From Pseudomonadota bacterium (GTDB lineage: Bacteria; Pseudomonadota; Alphaproteobacteria; Rhizobiales; MH13), in the NCBI GenBank assembly GCA_038749715.1, contig JBCDHR010000009.1, positions 23,200 through 87,199 of the forward strand: a stretch of DNA of 64,000 nucleotides, given 5' to 3'. This document shows, one piece after another, positions 10,024-19,796 of this stretch. The position numbers and the translations under genes were made by a program. The notes below the pieces were generated by a model. That model did not search any database and was not told the DNA's origin. It saw nothing but the letters and a program-made list of their open reading frames with translations. How positions within the stretch are numbered: the stretch's first letter is position 1; the number at the start of each line of letters is the position of its first letter.

Positions 10024-11276
10024 GCGCCCTTTGCCGGATCGTCGATGATCTGCGAGGTCAGATTCAAGGCATCGAGAAGGTCGCGTCCGATGGGGTCGAT
10101 GCTGACACTGCGCTCCGCAACCTGGCGACCGGCGCGGCCCATCGCCTTCCGTCGTTCCGGATCGCGCGTAAGAGTAAGCACCGCTTGAGCCAACGCTTCC
10201 TGGTTGCCCGGCGGGACGGCGATGCCACCGCCCGACCGTTCAATCCAGTTGGCCACCGGGCTGCCCGGATTGGCAGTTGCAACAACCGGGCGTCCAACAG
10301 CCATGCTGGCAAAAAGCTTGCTTGGCAGCGCCGCTGACGCACCGCCCGGCTCCTGCGGGAGAAGGTGGATGTGACCTTCGGCAAGCATGTCACGCAAGCC
10401 ATCAACCGGACCAAGTGGCTTGATCGAGATCTGCTTGAGGCCGCGATGTTTGATTTGGTCACGCAGCCTGTCTTCTTGCCCGCCCTCACCCCGCAACACG
10501 AGCCGGATGGATGGGTCCAACTCTTGAAGGTCTTGGGCCAGATCGAGAAGTTGGCCGAACCCTTGTTTGAAACCGAGCGCCCCACTGTAGAGCAGCGTTA
10601 TAGGTCCATTGGGTTCAGGCAAGGGTGCGAGGGCATGCGTGTCGACCATGGGTGGGATCACGCGAACCGGCTGGCTTAGGCCGAGACGTTTCAGGTTCTG
10701 TTCCATGGCATCTGACAGCGTGACAAGCGTATCTGCTTGGCCGAGCGACCAGCGTTCCAGGCGCCTGATAATCTTGGCCATCCGGCCACCCAGCCCCATG
10801 GAACCGGCAAGGCCGGATGGCAAATCATGCACCATCGCAGTGTGGTGCGATGGGCGCCTAATTCCCGACACCAGCGGAACGAAAGGCGAGGGACAGAGGC
10901 TGAGGCGCGGGCTATTCCAATCGTCCTGCTTCCAAAGAAATCCAGCGAGCGCGGACGCAAATCCCATCTCGGTCGTCAGCCGGCCAATAAACCCATCACC
11001 TGGATGAATGGGCGACTTGAGGCGAATGATGTCCACTCCCTCCCAGCTTTCACAATCTTTGCTGCCATCGCCGTAACCGTCAAACACTTTGCGGCTCGGA
11101 TAGTGCGGGCGCGCGGTGATGACGCGGACATCAATGCCCTGTTGTACCGCCCAACGCGCAAACAAAGCCAACTGTGGCGCACTGCCAGTTGGCTCGGGAT
11201 GAAAGTAGAGCGTGACAATGGTCAGCCTGGGCCGATCCACCCCAGACTCAAGCGGCGTGCTGGAGGTACCAGTCAT
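10020..11276 (-). CDS. GT4 glycosyltransferase, WcaI-like
   Basis: [32 protein letters not shown]...GRPVVA. Start taken at MTGTSS (11276). Confidence 0.82.
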   Translation of the reverse strand: MTGTSSTPLESGVDRPRLTIVTLYFHPEPTGSAPQLALFARWAVQQGIDVRVITARPHYPSRKVFDGYGDGSKDCESWEGVDIIRLKSPIHPGDGFIGRLTTEMGFASALAGFLWKQDDWNSPRLSLCPSPFVPLVSGIRRPSHHTAMVHDLPSGLAGSMGLGGRMAKIIRRLERWSLGQADTLVTLSDAMEQNLKRLGLSQPVRVIPPMVDTHALAPLPEPNGPITLLYSGALGFKQGFGQLLDLAQDLQELDPSIRLVLRGEGGQEDRLRDQIKHRGLKQISIKPLGPVDGLRDMLAEGHIHLLPQEPGGASAALPSKLFASMAVGRPVVATANPGSPVANWIERSGGGIAVPPGNQEALAQAVLTLTRDPERRKAMGRAGRQVAERSVSIDPIGRDLLDALNLTSQIIDDPAKGA

Positions 11277-12189
11277 AGGTCGCGGCGATGCCGTCGCGCA
11301 GAGGGATAGACGGGCCCCAGCCAAGGCCGCGCAGCCGGTCGGAGGCCATCAGCTTGCGCGGCGTGCCATCCGGTTTGGAGCGGTCATGCTCGATGGTGCC
11401 TTCAAAACCCACCACCTCAATGACGAGCTTCGTCAGATTGAGAATGCTGATGTCTTCCCCGTACCCGACATTGATGTGTTCAGCCTCCGAATAACCTTTC
11501 AGCAGGAACACCAGCGCATCAGCGCAATCGTCAGCGTGAAGAAATTCCCGCTTCGATGAGCCTGTGCCCCAGATGGTAAGTGAAGACGCGCCGACCAGTT
11601 TCGCCTCATGTGCCTTGCGGATGAGTGCTGGCAGAACATGGCTGGAATTGAGGTCGAAATTGTCGCCGGGACCATAAAGATTGGTCGGCATGGCCGAGAC
11701 ATAGTCGCGCCCATGCTGCTTGCGATAGGCCTGCGCCAGTTTGATGCCGGCAATCTTGGCAATCGCATACCCTTCATTGGTCGGCTCCAGCGGCCCGGTG
11801 AGCAGCGAGTCTTCACGGATCGGTTGATCGGCAAGCTTGGGATAGATGCAGGATGAACCGAGGAACAAGAGCCGGTTCACATCGGCCAAATGGGCGGCAT
11901 GGATGATGTTCACCTCAATCATCAGATTTTCATACAGGAAGTCAGCCGGATAGCTGTCGTTGGCGAGAATGCCACCCACCTTGGCGGCGGCCAGCACAAT
12001 GGCATCGGGCTTGTTCTCGGCAAGCCAGCTCTGAACAGCTGATTGATCCAGAAGGTTCAGTTTGTCGCGAGGTGCGGTCAGCACCTCGCAAGGCTCGCGC
12101 TCTAGTCGCCGCACGACCGCCGAGCCGACCATGCCACGATGACCAGCCACCCAAACCCGCATGCCGGTAAGATTGAACGCGTCAGGCAT
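11248..12189 (-). CDS. fcl: GDP-L-fucose synthase
   Basis: [51 protein letters not shown]. Start MPDAFN overlaps the gmd stop. Confidence 0.95.
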   Translation of the reverse strand: MPDAFNLTGMRVWVAGHRGMVGSAVVRRLEREPCEVLTAPRDKLNLLDQSAVQSWLAENKPDAIVLAAAKVGGILANDSYPADFLYENLMIEVNIIHAAHLADVNRLLFLGSSCIYPKLADQPIREDSLLTGPLEPTNEGYAIAKIAGIKLAQAYRKQHGRDYVSAMPTNLYGPGDNFDLNSSHVLPALIRKAHEAKLVGASSLTIWGTGSSKREFLHADDCADALVFLLKGYSEAEHINVGYGEDISILNLTKLVIEVVGFEGTIEHDRSKPDGTPRKLMASDRLRGLGWGPSIPLRDGIAATYDWYLQHAA

Positions 12190-13249
12190 CTTGTATGACC
12201 TGCCCCGTTTCCATGGCCAAAAGATCGGCCTGCACCATTTCTCGAGCGAGCTCTTCCACGCTGGTGGTGGCTTCCCATCCCAGTTTTTCATGGGCTTTGG
12301 TGGCATCGCCAAGCAGAAGGTCCACTTCGGTGGGTCGAAAGTAACGTGGATCGATCTCGACAAGGCAGGTGCCAGTCGCTTGGCAATAGCCCTTCTCGTC
12401 GATCCCTTCACCGCGCCACTCCAGCATCACACCGGTTTCGGAAAAGGCCCATTCCACGAAGGTCCGCACTGATGTCGTCACCCCGGTGGCGAGCACATAA
12501 TCATCCGGCGTCTCCTGTTGAAGCATGCGCCACATGCCTTCCACATAGTCGCGGGCATGGCCCCAGTCTCGTTTGGCATCGATGTTGCCGAGATAAAGCC
12601 TGTCCTGCTTGCCCAGCTTGATGGCCGCCACCGCCCGGGTGATCTTGCGAGTGACGAAGGTTTCACCTCGGATCGGGCTTTCATGGTTGAACAGAATACC
12701 GTTGGAGGCGTGGAAGCCATAGGCCTCACGGTAGTTTACCGTGATCCAGTAGCCGTAAAGCTTGGCTGCGGCATAGGGTGAGCGCGGATAGAAGGGCGTA
12801 CGCTCGCTCTGTGGTGCGTTTTGCTCGCAGCCATACATCTCAGACGTCGAAGCCTGGTAGAACCGTGTCTTCTTTTTCAAACCCAGAATCCGGATCGCCT
12901 CAAGGAGTCGAAGCGTTCCCAGCGCATCGGTGTTGGCTGTGTATTCCGGAGTCTCGAAACTCACCTTCACATGGCTTTGCGCCGCCAGATTGTAGACTTC
13001 GTCGGGCGCTGTTTCTTGCACGACGCTGATCAGATTGGTGGCGTCCGTCATGTCGCCATAGTGTAGGATCAAGTTGCGGTCGGGTTGATGCGGATCCTGG
13101 TAGATATCCTCGATCCGGCCCGTGTTGAAGCTGGAGGATCGCCGGATAAGACCGTGCACGGTGTAGCCCTTTGAGAGCAAAAGCCGTGTAAGGTAGGCTC
13201 CATCTTGCCCAGATGCGCCGGTAATGAGGGCAGTTTTCGGTAGGCTCAT
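12182..13249 (-). CDS. gmd: GDP-mannose 4,6-dehydratase
   Basis: [50 protein letters not shown]. Confidence 0.96.
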   Translation of the reverse strand: MSLPKTALITGASGQDGAYLTRLLLSKGYTVHGLIRRSSSFNTGRIEDIYQDPHQPDRNLILHYGDMTDATNLISVVQETAPDEVYNLAAQSHVKVSFETPEYTANTDALGTLRLLEAIRILGLKKKTRFYQASTSEMYGCEQNAPQSERTPFYPRSPYAAAKLYGYWITVNYREAYGFHASNGILFNHESPIRGETFVTRKITRAVAAIKLGKQDRLYLGNIDAKRDWGHARDYVEGMWRMLQQETPDDYVLATGVTTSVRTFVEWAFSETGVMLEWRGEGIDEKGYCQATGTCLVEIDPRYFRPTEVDLLLGDATKAHEKLGWEATTSVEELAREMVQADLLAMETGQVIQDA

Positions 13250-13354
13250 GGGCGGTCGAAAAGCAATCGTGAGGCAAAAACTTGTCCACAAGAGACAACA
13301 TCTAATTACAAACAATAGAAGAGAAGCGATTTCTACATCGCGAAAGTTGTGATC

Positions 13355-13753
13355 ATGAATATTTCTGAAGCTTCCGACAGATCAGGACTGCCGCCAAAGA
13401 CCATTCGCTACTATGAGGAGATTGGCCTAGTCGCGCCGGCGCGCGCCGAGAACGGTTATCGCCTTTATGCGCCGGAGGATATCCACCGGCTGAGCTTTGT
13501 TCAGCGGGCACGCAGTCTCGGTTTCACGGTTGACGAGTGCCGGGCTCTTCTCTCGCTTTATGAGGATGACCACCGAGCGAGCTGCGACGTGAAAGCGATG
13601 GCCCTCGACAAGGTTGCGGAGATGGACGCCAAGATCGCGCAAATGCGCAGTCTGCGCGACACGCTGGCAATGCTCGCACAAGGTTGCCAGGGCGATCAGC
13701 GCCCCGACTGCCCGATCCTGGAAGACCTGGCACGAACCGATACCTTAGGGTAA
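13355..13753 (+). CDS. cueR: Cu(I)-responsive MerR-family regulator
   Basis: MNISEAS...[11 protein letters not shown]...NGYR; C-terminal metal loop [12 protein letters not shown] (C-x7-C). Confidence 0.9.
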   Translation: MNISEASDRSGLPPKTIRYYEEIGLVAPARAENGYRLYAPEDIHRLSFVQRARSLGFTVDECRALLSLYEDDHRASCDVKAMALDKVAEMDAKIAQMRSLRDTLAMLAQGCQGDQRPDCPILEDLARTDTLG

Positions 13754-13766
13754 ACCCGCACTTAAC
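13751..13766 (+). promoter_or_regulatory. Possible CtrA box
   Basis: TAAA-cccgcac-TTAAC, one mismatch to TTAA-N7-TTAAC, about 60 bp upstream of the leader ORF. Confidence 0.35.
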
Positions 13767-13824
13767 GCCTTGGCGGTAACCTCTCCGCCTCAACCTGGCC
13801 GCAATTGTTGGATCGACACGCCCA

Positions 13825-14175
13825 ATGCGTTGGATCGTTCACATCTGTCTGGTTCTTCTCATCGTCTCAGTGCAAGGCGGCGGAGCGGCTATTGCTGATT
13901 CCGCTATCGGTTCGGGCATCGAGACGACACAGGAAACAACGCCCATCTCGACTGCGGCACTGTCGTCGGATGCTGTCCTCGAAGACTGCTGTCAGATCAC
14001 CACCGAAAGCGCCATTAACAGGCCAGCACCATCACCATGCAGCTCTGATTGCTTCGGTCCATTGCCGCAAGCCGGTGCCTTGGCGGGGTGGTCAGAACCC
14101 GTGTGGCCCAAAGACCATGATCTTGCCGTTCTAGCCGGCGACGAAGAAAGGCATCGACGGCCCCCAAGAGTCTGA
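13825..14175 (+). CDS. Small exported Cys-motif protein ending RRPPRV; candidate regulatory leader (CutF/CopL-like architecture)
   Basis: Hydrophobic N-terminus with AIA cleavage site, CC and CSSDC motifs, C-terminal RHRRPPRV. It fills the gap between cueR and the LDT gene. Confidence 0.65.
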   Translation: MRWIVHICLVLLIVSVQGGGAAIADSAIGSGIETTQETTPISTAALSSDAVLEDCCQITTESAINRPAPSPCSSDCFGPLPQAGALAGWSEPVWPKDHDLAVLAGDEERHRRPPRV

Positions 14176-14255
14176 ACGCGGACGTGCGCTACGGGCCGGT
14201 CAAGCTGACAAACCCGCAACCGCACGCAATCCAACACGTTCTAAATACCTTGGAG
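14164..14255 (+). promoter_or_regulatory. Long imperfect stem-loop from the leader's last codons to the LDT ribosome-binding site
   Basis: Nested pairings by eye: CCAAG/CTTGG, GAACG/CGTTC, GGA/TCC, CGTGCG/CGCACG, CGGG/CCCG, GTCA/TGAC. SD GGAG at 14252-14255. Confidence 0.5.
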
Positions 14256-14262
14256 ACAGTTG

Positions 14263-15000
14263 ATGCGTAGATCATTCCCCCATTTTTCGGGCAGCCGGTC
14301 GGCATGTGACCAGCGCCCAGCCGGCACACCCGTTGCACCCGAGTTGACCCGCCGGCAGATGCTCGCCGGAACAGCCCTTTTTTCCGGCCTTGCTGTGTCC
14401 GGGTGCATGCCCACAGCAGGGACCGGGGCAGGTCTTGTTCCTCCTGAGCGCGTTCGCCCCAACCCCTATCTCAACATGTATGCGGCCTTGCCGAATGAGG
14501 ACTTTCCCATTCCCGCCGTTGATTTGGCCCAGGTCGAAAACCGCTATCTTCGCCGAATGGTGGATTATGAGACCGACGAGCGCGTTGGGTCCGTGGTCGT
14601 CGATACACGCAGCTTCTACCTTTATCATGTGATGGAGGCCGGCAAGGCCATGCGGTATGGCGTCGGCCTAGGCCGGCAAGGCTTTGAATGGTCTGGACGG
14701 GCACGCATCGCCTGGAAACGTCCTTGGCCAACCTGGACTCCGCCGGCGGAAATGATCGAGCGGCAGCCGGAGCTGGAAGAGTATCGGAACGGCATGCAGC
14801 CGGGCCTCGACAACCCGCTGGGTGCCCGCGCACTCTACATCTTCGAGGGCAATGTCGACACCCTCTATCGGCTACATGGCACAAACGAGGTCTGGTCGAT
14901 CGGCAAGGCGGTATCATCCGGCTGCGTCCGTCTTCTCAACCAGGACGTCATCGACCTTTATGGACGCGTCGCGACGGGCTCACCGATTTTGGTCGTCTGA
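14263..15000 (+). CDS. L,D-transpeptidase (YkuD/ErfK family), Tat lipoprotein
   Basis: LTRRQML...VSGC signal and lipobox; RYGVGLGRQG, WPTWTPP, NPLGARALY, RLHGT, SSGCVRL. Confidence 0.93.
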   Translation: MRRSFPHFSGSRSACDQRPAGTPVAPELTRRQMLAGTALFSGLAVSGCMPTAGTGAGLVPPERVRPNPYLNMYAALPNEDFPIPAVDLAQVENRYLRRMVDYETDERVGSVVVDTRSFYLYHVMEAGKAMRYGVGLGRQGFEWSGRARIAWKRPWPTWTPPAEMIERQPELEEYRNGMQPGLDNPLGARALYIFEGNVDTLYRLHGTNEVWSIGKAVSSGCVRLLNQDVIDLYGRVATGSPILVV

Positions 15001-15014
15001 TGCGGTTCAATCTC

Positions 15015-15048
15015 TGCTCGCCAGCTTGGGATAGCCTGCTGGCGGGCA
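15015..15048 (+). other. GC-rich hairpin after the LDT gene (possible weak terminator or stability hairpin)
   Basis: tgctcgccagc-N12-gctggcgggca; no U tract. Confidence 0.35.
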
Positions 15049-15170
15049 GCACATTTGCACCTCGGCGCAATAATCCGACACCAATTGTGCCTATCAAAAC
15101 ACAACCGTTGGAACTTTGGCGCGTACTCAGATCGCTGGGCCTACCAACCGAAGTTCACACGGAGTTCTTC

Positions 15171-15566
15171 ATGCGCCGCTATCTTGCTGCCATTGCTGCA
15201 CTTGCCGCCTTCACAGCATCGCCGCAGTTGGCACATGCCGACAGGTTTTCCGCTGGCGATATACGCTCGCAGATCATTGGACATACAATTTATCTCGCCG
15301 CGCCGTTTGGTGGCGAGTTTCCGCTCAACTACCGGTCCAATGGGCGGGTTGATGGTGATGGCGAAGCGCTCGGTATCGGGCGTTGGATCCAGCCTCGTGA
15401 TACTGGTCGCTGGTGGATCGACGGCAACCGACTCTGCCAGCAGTTTCAGACCTGGTACAATGGCACGCCCATGTGTTTCGACCTGACGCGCACCAGCACC
15501 ACAACGCTTAATTGGCTGCGCGACAATGGTGAGAGCGGGCGGGCGCGCATCGGCGAAGCGCTTTAG
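15171..15566 (+). CDS. Hypothetical secreted protein (small beta-rich, two Cys; DUF995-like pattern)
   Basis: GGAG SD; signal MRRYLAAIAALAAFTASPQLAHA; DTGRWWIDGNRLC...W...C pattern. The longer ORF from 14688 overlaps the LDT gene. Confidence 0.7.
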   Translation: MRRYLAAIAALAAFTASPQLAHADRFSAGDIRSQIIGHTIYLAAPFGGEFPLNYRSNGRVDGDGEALGIGRWIQPRDTGRWWIDGNRLCQQFQTWYNGTPMCFDLTRTSTTTLNWLRDNGESGRARIGEAL

Positions 15567-15582
15567 CCAAACGAGCCGCATT

Positions 15583-15620
15583 CATAGAAAAACCGGCCAG
15601 AAAAGGCCGGTTTTTCTATG
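15583..15620. terminator. Bidirectional intrinsic terminator
   Basis: Perfect 16-bp inverted repeat catagaaaaaccggcc-agaaaa-ggccggtttttctatg between convergent genes. Confidence 0.85.
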
Positions 15621-15636
15621 CGTCTGGAGGCGGTGA

Positions 15637-15975
15637 TTACTCGCCGTCATCCGCTAAGGCAAGAAGACAGCTCAGCGGAATGAGACCGGCCGCCCAAGCT
15701 TCTTCAGCCGTCAATTCGCGGCCTTCGTTTGCGCCAACGATCGCGGCACAGGCAATGATCGATGCAACGGAAATGAAGATACCGCCAACGATCCAACCAC
15801 CACCGGTTGACCCGCCGCCACCGCCTGGCAGGCCGCCGCCGCCCATCATCATAGGCGGACTGTACTCTGTGGCCTGCAGCTGCGTTGGCGCCAAGGTTGA
15901 AAGAACGGGTTGCGCGATTAGGGTAAGTGCCAATGCAAAGCCCACAAATCGTTTGCGTGTAAGGAAGGTTTTCAT
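15637..15975 (-). CDS. Hypothetical exported/membrane protein with Gly-rich linker
   Basis: Signal-like N-terminus, GGGGLPGGGGGSTGGG, hydrophobic helix, two Cys; followed by a terminator. Confidence 0.6.
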   Translation of the reverse strand: MKTFLTRKRFVGFALALTLIAQPVLSTLAPTQLQATEYSPPMMMGGGGLPGGGGGSTGGGWIVGGIFISVASIIACAAIVGANEGRELTAEEAWAAGLIPLSCLLALADDGE

Positions 15976-16108
15976 GATGCGTTCCCATCGTTATCGAGGT
16001 CGAGGACCCATCCCTAACGAAATGTAAACACATCAAAATTTTGAATGAAATCAGAAGCTTCCGGTAAGCTTAAGCGACAAGGTTAGCCGTCTTGGTTATT
16101 TCAATTGG

Positions 16109-17530
16109 TTAAAGCGGAACCGTGTGCAGGCTCGAGAACAGCCCGTCGGGATCTATCCGCCTTTTGACGCCCTGCAGTCTGGGTAGGTTCTCGCCCCAAT
16201 AGGCTGTCGCAAAGTCATCCAAAGACCGGTCGCGATAATTGACATAACCGCGTCCGCTGGCTCCAGCACGCAAGTGGATAGCAGCCTCATCAAGGAATGG
16301 GCGAGCAAGATCCAATCCGGGCCCGTCCTGCGCGCTGACGGAGGCCCAGGCTAGGAAGGACGAGCCACGGTGCGGATAAGCGGTTGCCCTCGGCGTTGGA
16401 ATGTCGATGGCGCCACCCAAGGTTTCAAACACCATGCCCATGGCATTGCCATCGCCATGCGCGCGCACCTGAACACCGATCAAAGCCTCCAGCGCATCAA
16501 TTGGCATAATCGAAGGGCGAAACACGGCACGCGCGTCCGCTGGAATGTAGAAGGCCGGAAACGAAAGCACCGTTTCTTCCATGACCTCGCCATAGGTACC
16601 TTCAACCAAGGATGGTCCAACGAACAGCAGAACATCCTCGGCAACCGGCGCCAGCGAAACCTGCAACGTGGCCGCTGACATTTCCGACAGGCCGGTTATC
16701 CTGACAAAGATGCGGCCGTCAGAAAGGCTTGTGACAGCCAGATGGGAGGTCGTTTGGTTAGGCTGCGCGATGCTCCACTCCATCCAACGATGAATAAGGG
16801 GCGCAGCTTGGTCGGCTGCCACGCCACCGAACAGCCTTAAAGAGGTCGTCGTACCGGTTGATTGCATGTCAAACGTGTATCGGGTGACGGCGCCAAGCCC
16901 ACCGCCGCCGCCGCGGCTGGCCCATAGAAGGTCCGCATCCGATTGCGCGTTGACGTGGTGGATGCGCCCTTCGGCATCGACAAGTGTAAGCGCGACAAGG
17001 TGGTCGCACAGCAACCCATGAGCACGTGCCAAATAGCCAATGCCGCCACCCAGCGCATGGCCGCCAAGTCCGACGTCGGCGCACCAACCAGCTGGAACCG
17101 TCAGATTGTGGGGAAATCCCGCCCGATAGACCGCTCCTAGTTTGGCGCCTGGCTGTCCCGTCAACCGCCTAGAATCTGGATCGACCCAAAAACGGTCCAT
17201 CTGTCGCAGATCAATCACAAGGTCGGCGTGTGTGCTGCTGCCCGCAAAGCAATGCCCGCCGCTGCGCAATGCAAAGGAAAGATCCTCTTCGCGGGCCCAG
17301 CGAACGGTCGCTGCCACGCTGTCAGTGTCCGAACAAAGCGCGCGCAGCTTCGGGGTGCGCTGGTAGGCGAGATTGTATTGGATCGATAGGTTCTCAGCGT
17401 CCGGAGCACTGTCTTCAACGATCCGGACGCCGTTCGTCGGACGCCCGACCGACGCGCTGACAATCGCTGGCTTAGCCAGGGTCGCTGTTCCTGCTGCAAG
17501 CGCGGATGTGAAAGTTCGGCGTGTCAGCAT
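16109..17530 (-). CDS. Tat-exported FAD-linked oxidase, berberine-bridge-enzyme (VAO/PCMH) family
   Basis: MLTRRTF signal; RSGGHC, AGWCADVGLGGHALGGG, DLLWASRGGGG, YVNY, YWGENLPRL..VK..IDP. Confidence 0.88.
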   Translation of the reverse strand: MLTRRTFTSALAAGTATLAKPAIVSASVGRPTNGVRIVEDSAPDAENLSIQYNLAYQRTPKLRALCSDTDSVAATVRWAREEDLSFALRSGGHCFAGSSTHADLVIDLRQMDRFWVDPDSRRLTGQPGAKLGAVYRAGFPHNLTVPAGWCADVGLGGHALGGGIGYLARAHGLLCDHLVALTLVDAEGRIHHVNAQSDADLLWASRGGGGGLGAVTRYTFDMQSTGTTTSLRLFGGVAADQAAPLIHRWMEWSIAQPNQTTSHLAVTSLSDGRIFVRITGLSEMSAATLQVSLAPVAEDVLLFVGPSLVEGTYGEVMEETVLSFPAFYIPADARAVFRPSIMPIDALEALIGVQVRAHGDGNAMGMVFETLGGAIDIPTPRATAYPHRGSSFLAWASVSAQDGPGLDLARPFLDEAAIHLRAGASGRGYVNYRDRSLDDFATAYWGENLPRLQGVKRRIDPDGLFSSLHTVPL

Positions 17531-17543
17531 GGCAGCGCGGCTA

Positions 17544-19118
17544 TCACAGCTCGGAGGCTGTAGGGACTATGAGGGGTCGGAACGCATTCTCTGGATCCCT
17601 CGTAAAAAGTCGGTTCAGAACTTGCTTAAGCGCCGGTTCCAGATCGCCGGCGGTGAGGCTAGGGCCAGCAATCTGGCCGGCTTCACCGTGGAGCCAAACG
17701 CCCAATGCGACAAGTTCCGCAATGCTGTCCATGGACCTTTCAGCCGCTCGAGGAGCCGCCAACAGGCCGGCAAGAATGCCTGTTAGATCATCTCCTGACC
17801 CAGCGGTGGCGAGCCATGGTGGCGCATTGCCATTGATGAAACGAGCCCGCGGTTCCCCGTCGGGACCGGCGATGACACTATCAGGCCCTTTGAGTACAAC
17901 GGTCGCACCAGATCGCTCGGCCGTATCACAAGTCGCATCAAATCGAGATGCCGCCTCACCAAGCTTGTCGTGTCCAAACAACCGGCCAAACTCGCCCTCA
18001 TGGGGCGTCAGGACAACGGGGCCTTGCCGGCCTTTGATGCGCTCGAACATAGCCTCAGCCTGTCCTGAAAAGGCGGTGAGTGCTCCGGCGTCGAGAATCA
18101 GCGCAACATCGCTATCAAGCGCTGCATAGACCATCTGCCGCGTCACCTCATCAGGCGACAAGCCTGGACCCAACGCACAGCAGCTTATCCGCCGGTCATC
18201 AAGGAGTTGACTGAGATCGCCGGCCATGTTGCATGCCGCCCGCATCAGCTGCGGATCGATGCCCAGGCTGCCGACAAGGCAGAGGTCTGGTAGAGCGAGC
18301 GTCACCAGGCCGGCTCCGGCCCGCAAGGCAGCGTTGCCCGCCAGAAACGCTGCGCCAACCCGCTCAGGCGGCCCGCCAACGATGAGCGCGTGGCCACGTT
18401 GATATTTGTGAAGATCGGCCCGCCACTTTCCCTCCATATGGCCGGCCAGATAGGTCCCGGTAAGCCGAGCGCTGTATCCTGCATGGTCAAGGGCCCGCTC
18501 GCTGAGGCCGATATCTGTGCAACGCACTGTCCCGCAATGGGCGCGCCCCGGGAAAAGCGTGTGCCCAAGCTTCAGGCGGTGAAACGTGACGGTTCGGTCG
18601 GCCTTTATGGCAACCCCACGAACCTGGCCGGTGGTACCATCTATGCCGCTGGGAAGGTCGACCGCTAAAACAGCCGCGGTGCCTGCGTTCACGGCTGCAA
18701 CCAAACTTGCCGCTTCGCCATCTAAGGACCGCGCGAGGCCCGCGCCGAACAAGGCATCAATGATGAGCGCATGGTCTGGAAGCCTCGGCAGTATCGCTTG
18801 AGCAGGAAAAACATCGCCCACCCACTGCTCGAAGGCGTTCCTGGCATCGCCGCCAAGCGCCGCTGGGTCCCCAAGGCTTGCAACGGCCACTATATAGCCA
18901 GCTTCCTCCAGAAGGCGCGCGGCCACGTACCCGTCGCCGCCATTGTTGCCCGGTCCGGCAAGCACGAGGATGGAAGAGCCTGGCGGAACCATAGAAACCG
19001 TCTCGTCGGCGACCGCCCGTCCGGCAGCTTCCATCAGCAAGGCGCCGGGCGTTCCGGCATCAATGGTGAACCGGTCGCAGTCGCCCATCTGTGAGGGGGT
19101 CAAGAGCTCACACGCCAT
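17544..19118 (-). CDS. nnr: Bifunctional NAD(P)H-hydrate epimerase/dehydratase
   Basis: LMEAAG, GPGNNGGDG, DALFGAG, AVDLPSG, HKYQRG, LTPHEGEF, LATAGSGD. Start MACELL at 19118. Confidence 0.92.
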   Translation of the reverse strand: MACELLTPSQMGDCDRFTIDAGTPGALLMEAAGRAVADETVSMVPPGSSILVLAGPGNNGGDGYVAARLLEEAGYIVAVASLGDPAALGGDARNAFEQWVGDVFPAQAILPRLPDHALIIDALFGAGLARSLDGEAASLVAAVNAGTAAVLAVDLPSGIDGTTGQVRGVAIKADRTVTFHRLKLGHTLFPGRAHCGTVRCTDIGLSERALDHAGYSARLTGTYLAGHMEGKWRADLHKYQRGHALIVGGPPERVGAAFLAGNAALRAGAGLVTLALPDLCLVGSLGIDPQLMRAACNMAGDLSQLLDDRRISCCALGPGLSPDEVTRQMVYAALDSDVALILDAGALTAFSGQAEAMFERIKGRQGPVVLTPHEGEFGRLFGHDKLGEAASRFDATCDTAERSGATVVLKGPDSVIAGPDGEPRARFINGNAPPWLATAGSGDDLTGILAGLLAAPRAAERSMDSIAELVALGVWLHGEAGQIAGPSLTAGDLEPALKQVLNRLFTRDPENAFRPLIVPTASEL

Positions 19119-19680
19119 CGCCACCCGTCCCATCCTCTTGTGCGTCGTCAATGACTGACCGGGCCAAATCAAATGAAAAGCCTGCCCGACACATGGCAGC
19201 GACGTCGCGGTCGCGACGCTCCGCGCGGTCGCGCAAGCGGTAAGGGCCCAGCCGCCGGCGCTCGGCATAGCGATTTGCGGCTGATGCGTCATCGCGCCGA
19301 TCATCAGCAAGCGCTGCCTGGATTGTCGATGCCTCAAGGCCCTTTGATCGAAGTCGCGCTTCGATGGATCGCCCCGAAGCGCCCCGGTCGCGCTGTTGCC
19401 TCACCTGATTGGCAGCAAAGCGCGTGTTATCGATCAGTCCGGCCTGCTTCGCCCAAGCGACTTGCTCGTCTATCAACCCATCAAAGGACGATGGGTCCTG
19501 CTCATGGGCTTTGGCAGCCTTGGCAACACGGCGCGAAAGAACGGCACGAAAACCAGCCTCGCTCGCTTCATAGCGCTCCAGATAGGCAAGCCCAATCCTG
19601 CGCAGTCGTTCGGCAGTGACTTTTCTGGGCTGTCGGGTTTGGCGCTCTCGGCGGTGCGATTGTTGCTTGTCCGCGGTCAT
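19108..19680 (-). CDS. recX: RecX family regulatory protein
   Basis: YLERYEASEA, GLIDNTRFA, RRRLGPYR, RAGFSFDLA: alphaproteobacterial RecX pattern. Confidence 0.85.
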   Translation of the reverse strand: MTADKQQSHRRERQTRQPRKVTAERLRRIGLAYLERYEASEAGFRAVLSRRVAKAAKAHEQDPSSFDGLIDEQVAWAKQAGLIDNTRFAANQVRQQRDRGASGRSIEARLRSKGLEASTIQAALADDRRDDASAANRYAERRRLGPYRLRDRAERRDRDVAAMCRAGFSFDLARSVIDDAQEDGTGGDGV

Positions 19681-19737
19681 GTTGAGAGGTCATCGCGCGC
19701 CGCATCACCTGTCAACGGGCCAGCGAGAATTGTGCCA

Positions 19738-19776
19738 AAGAAAAACCCGGCGGGAGCAAGCCCCCGCCGGGTTTTC
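19738..19776 (-). terminator. Intrinsic terminator of the second LDT gene
   Basis: Minus strand reads gaaaacccggcggg-ggcttgct-cccgccgggtttttcttt. Confidence 0.8.
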
Positions 19777-19796
19777 AAATCCACTGTTCCAGACGT

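Noticed and set aside
14688-15170. 5' extension of the 292-aa ORF
   Set aside because: It overlaps the LDT gene out of frame; the SD and signal peptide mark the real start at 15171.
19119-19337. N-terminal extension of nnr
   Set aside because: It overlaps recX; homology begins at MACELL (19118).
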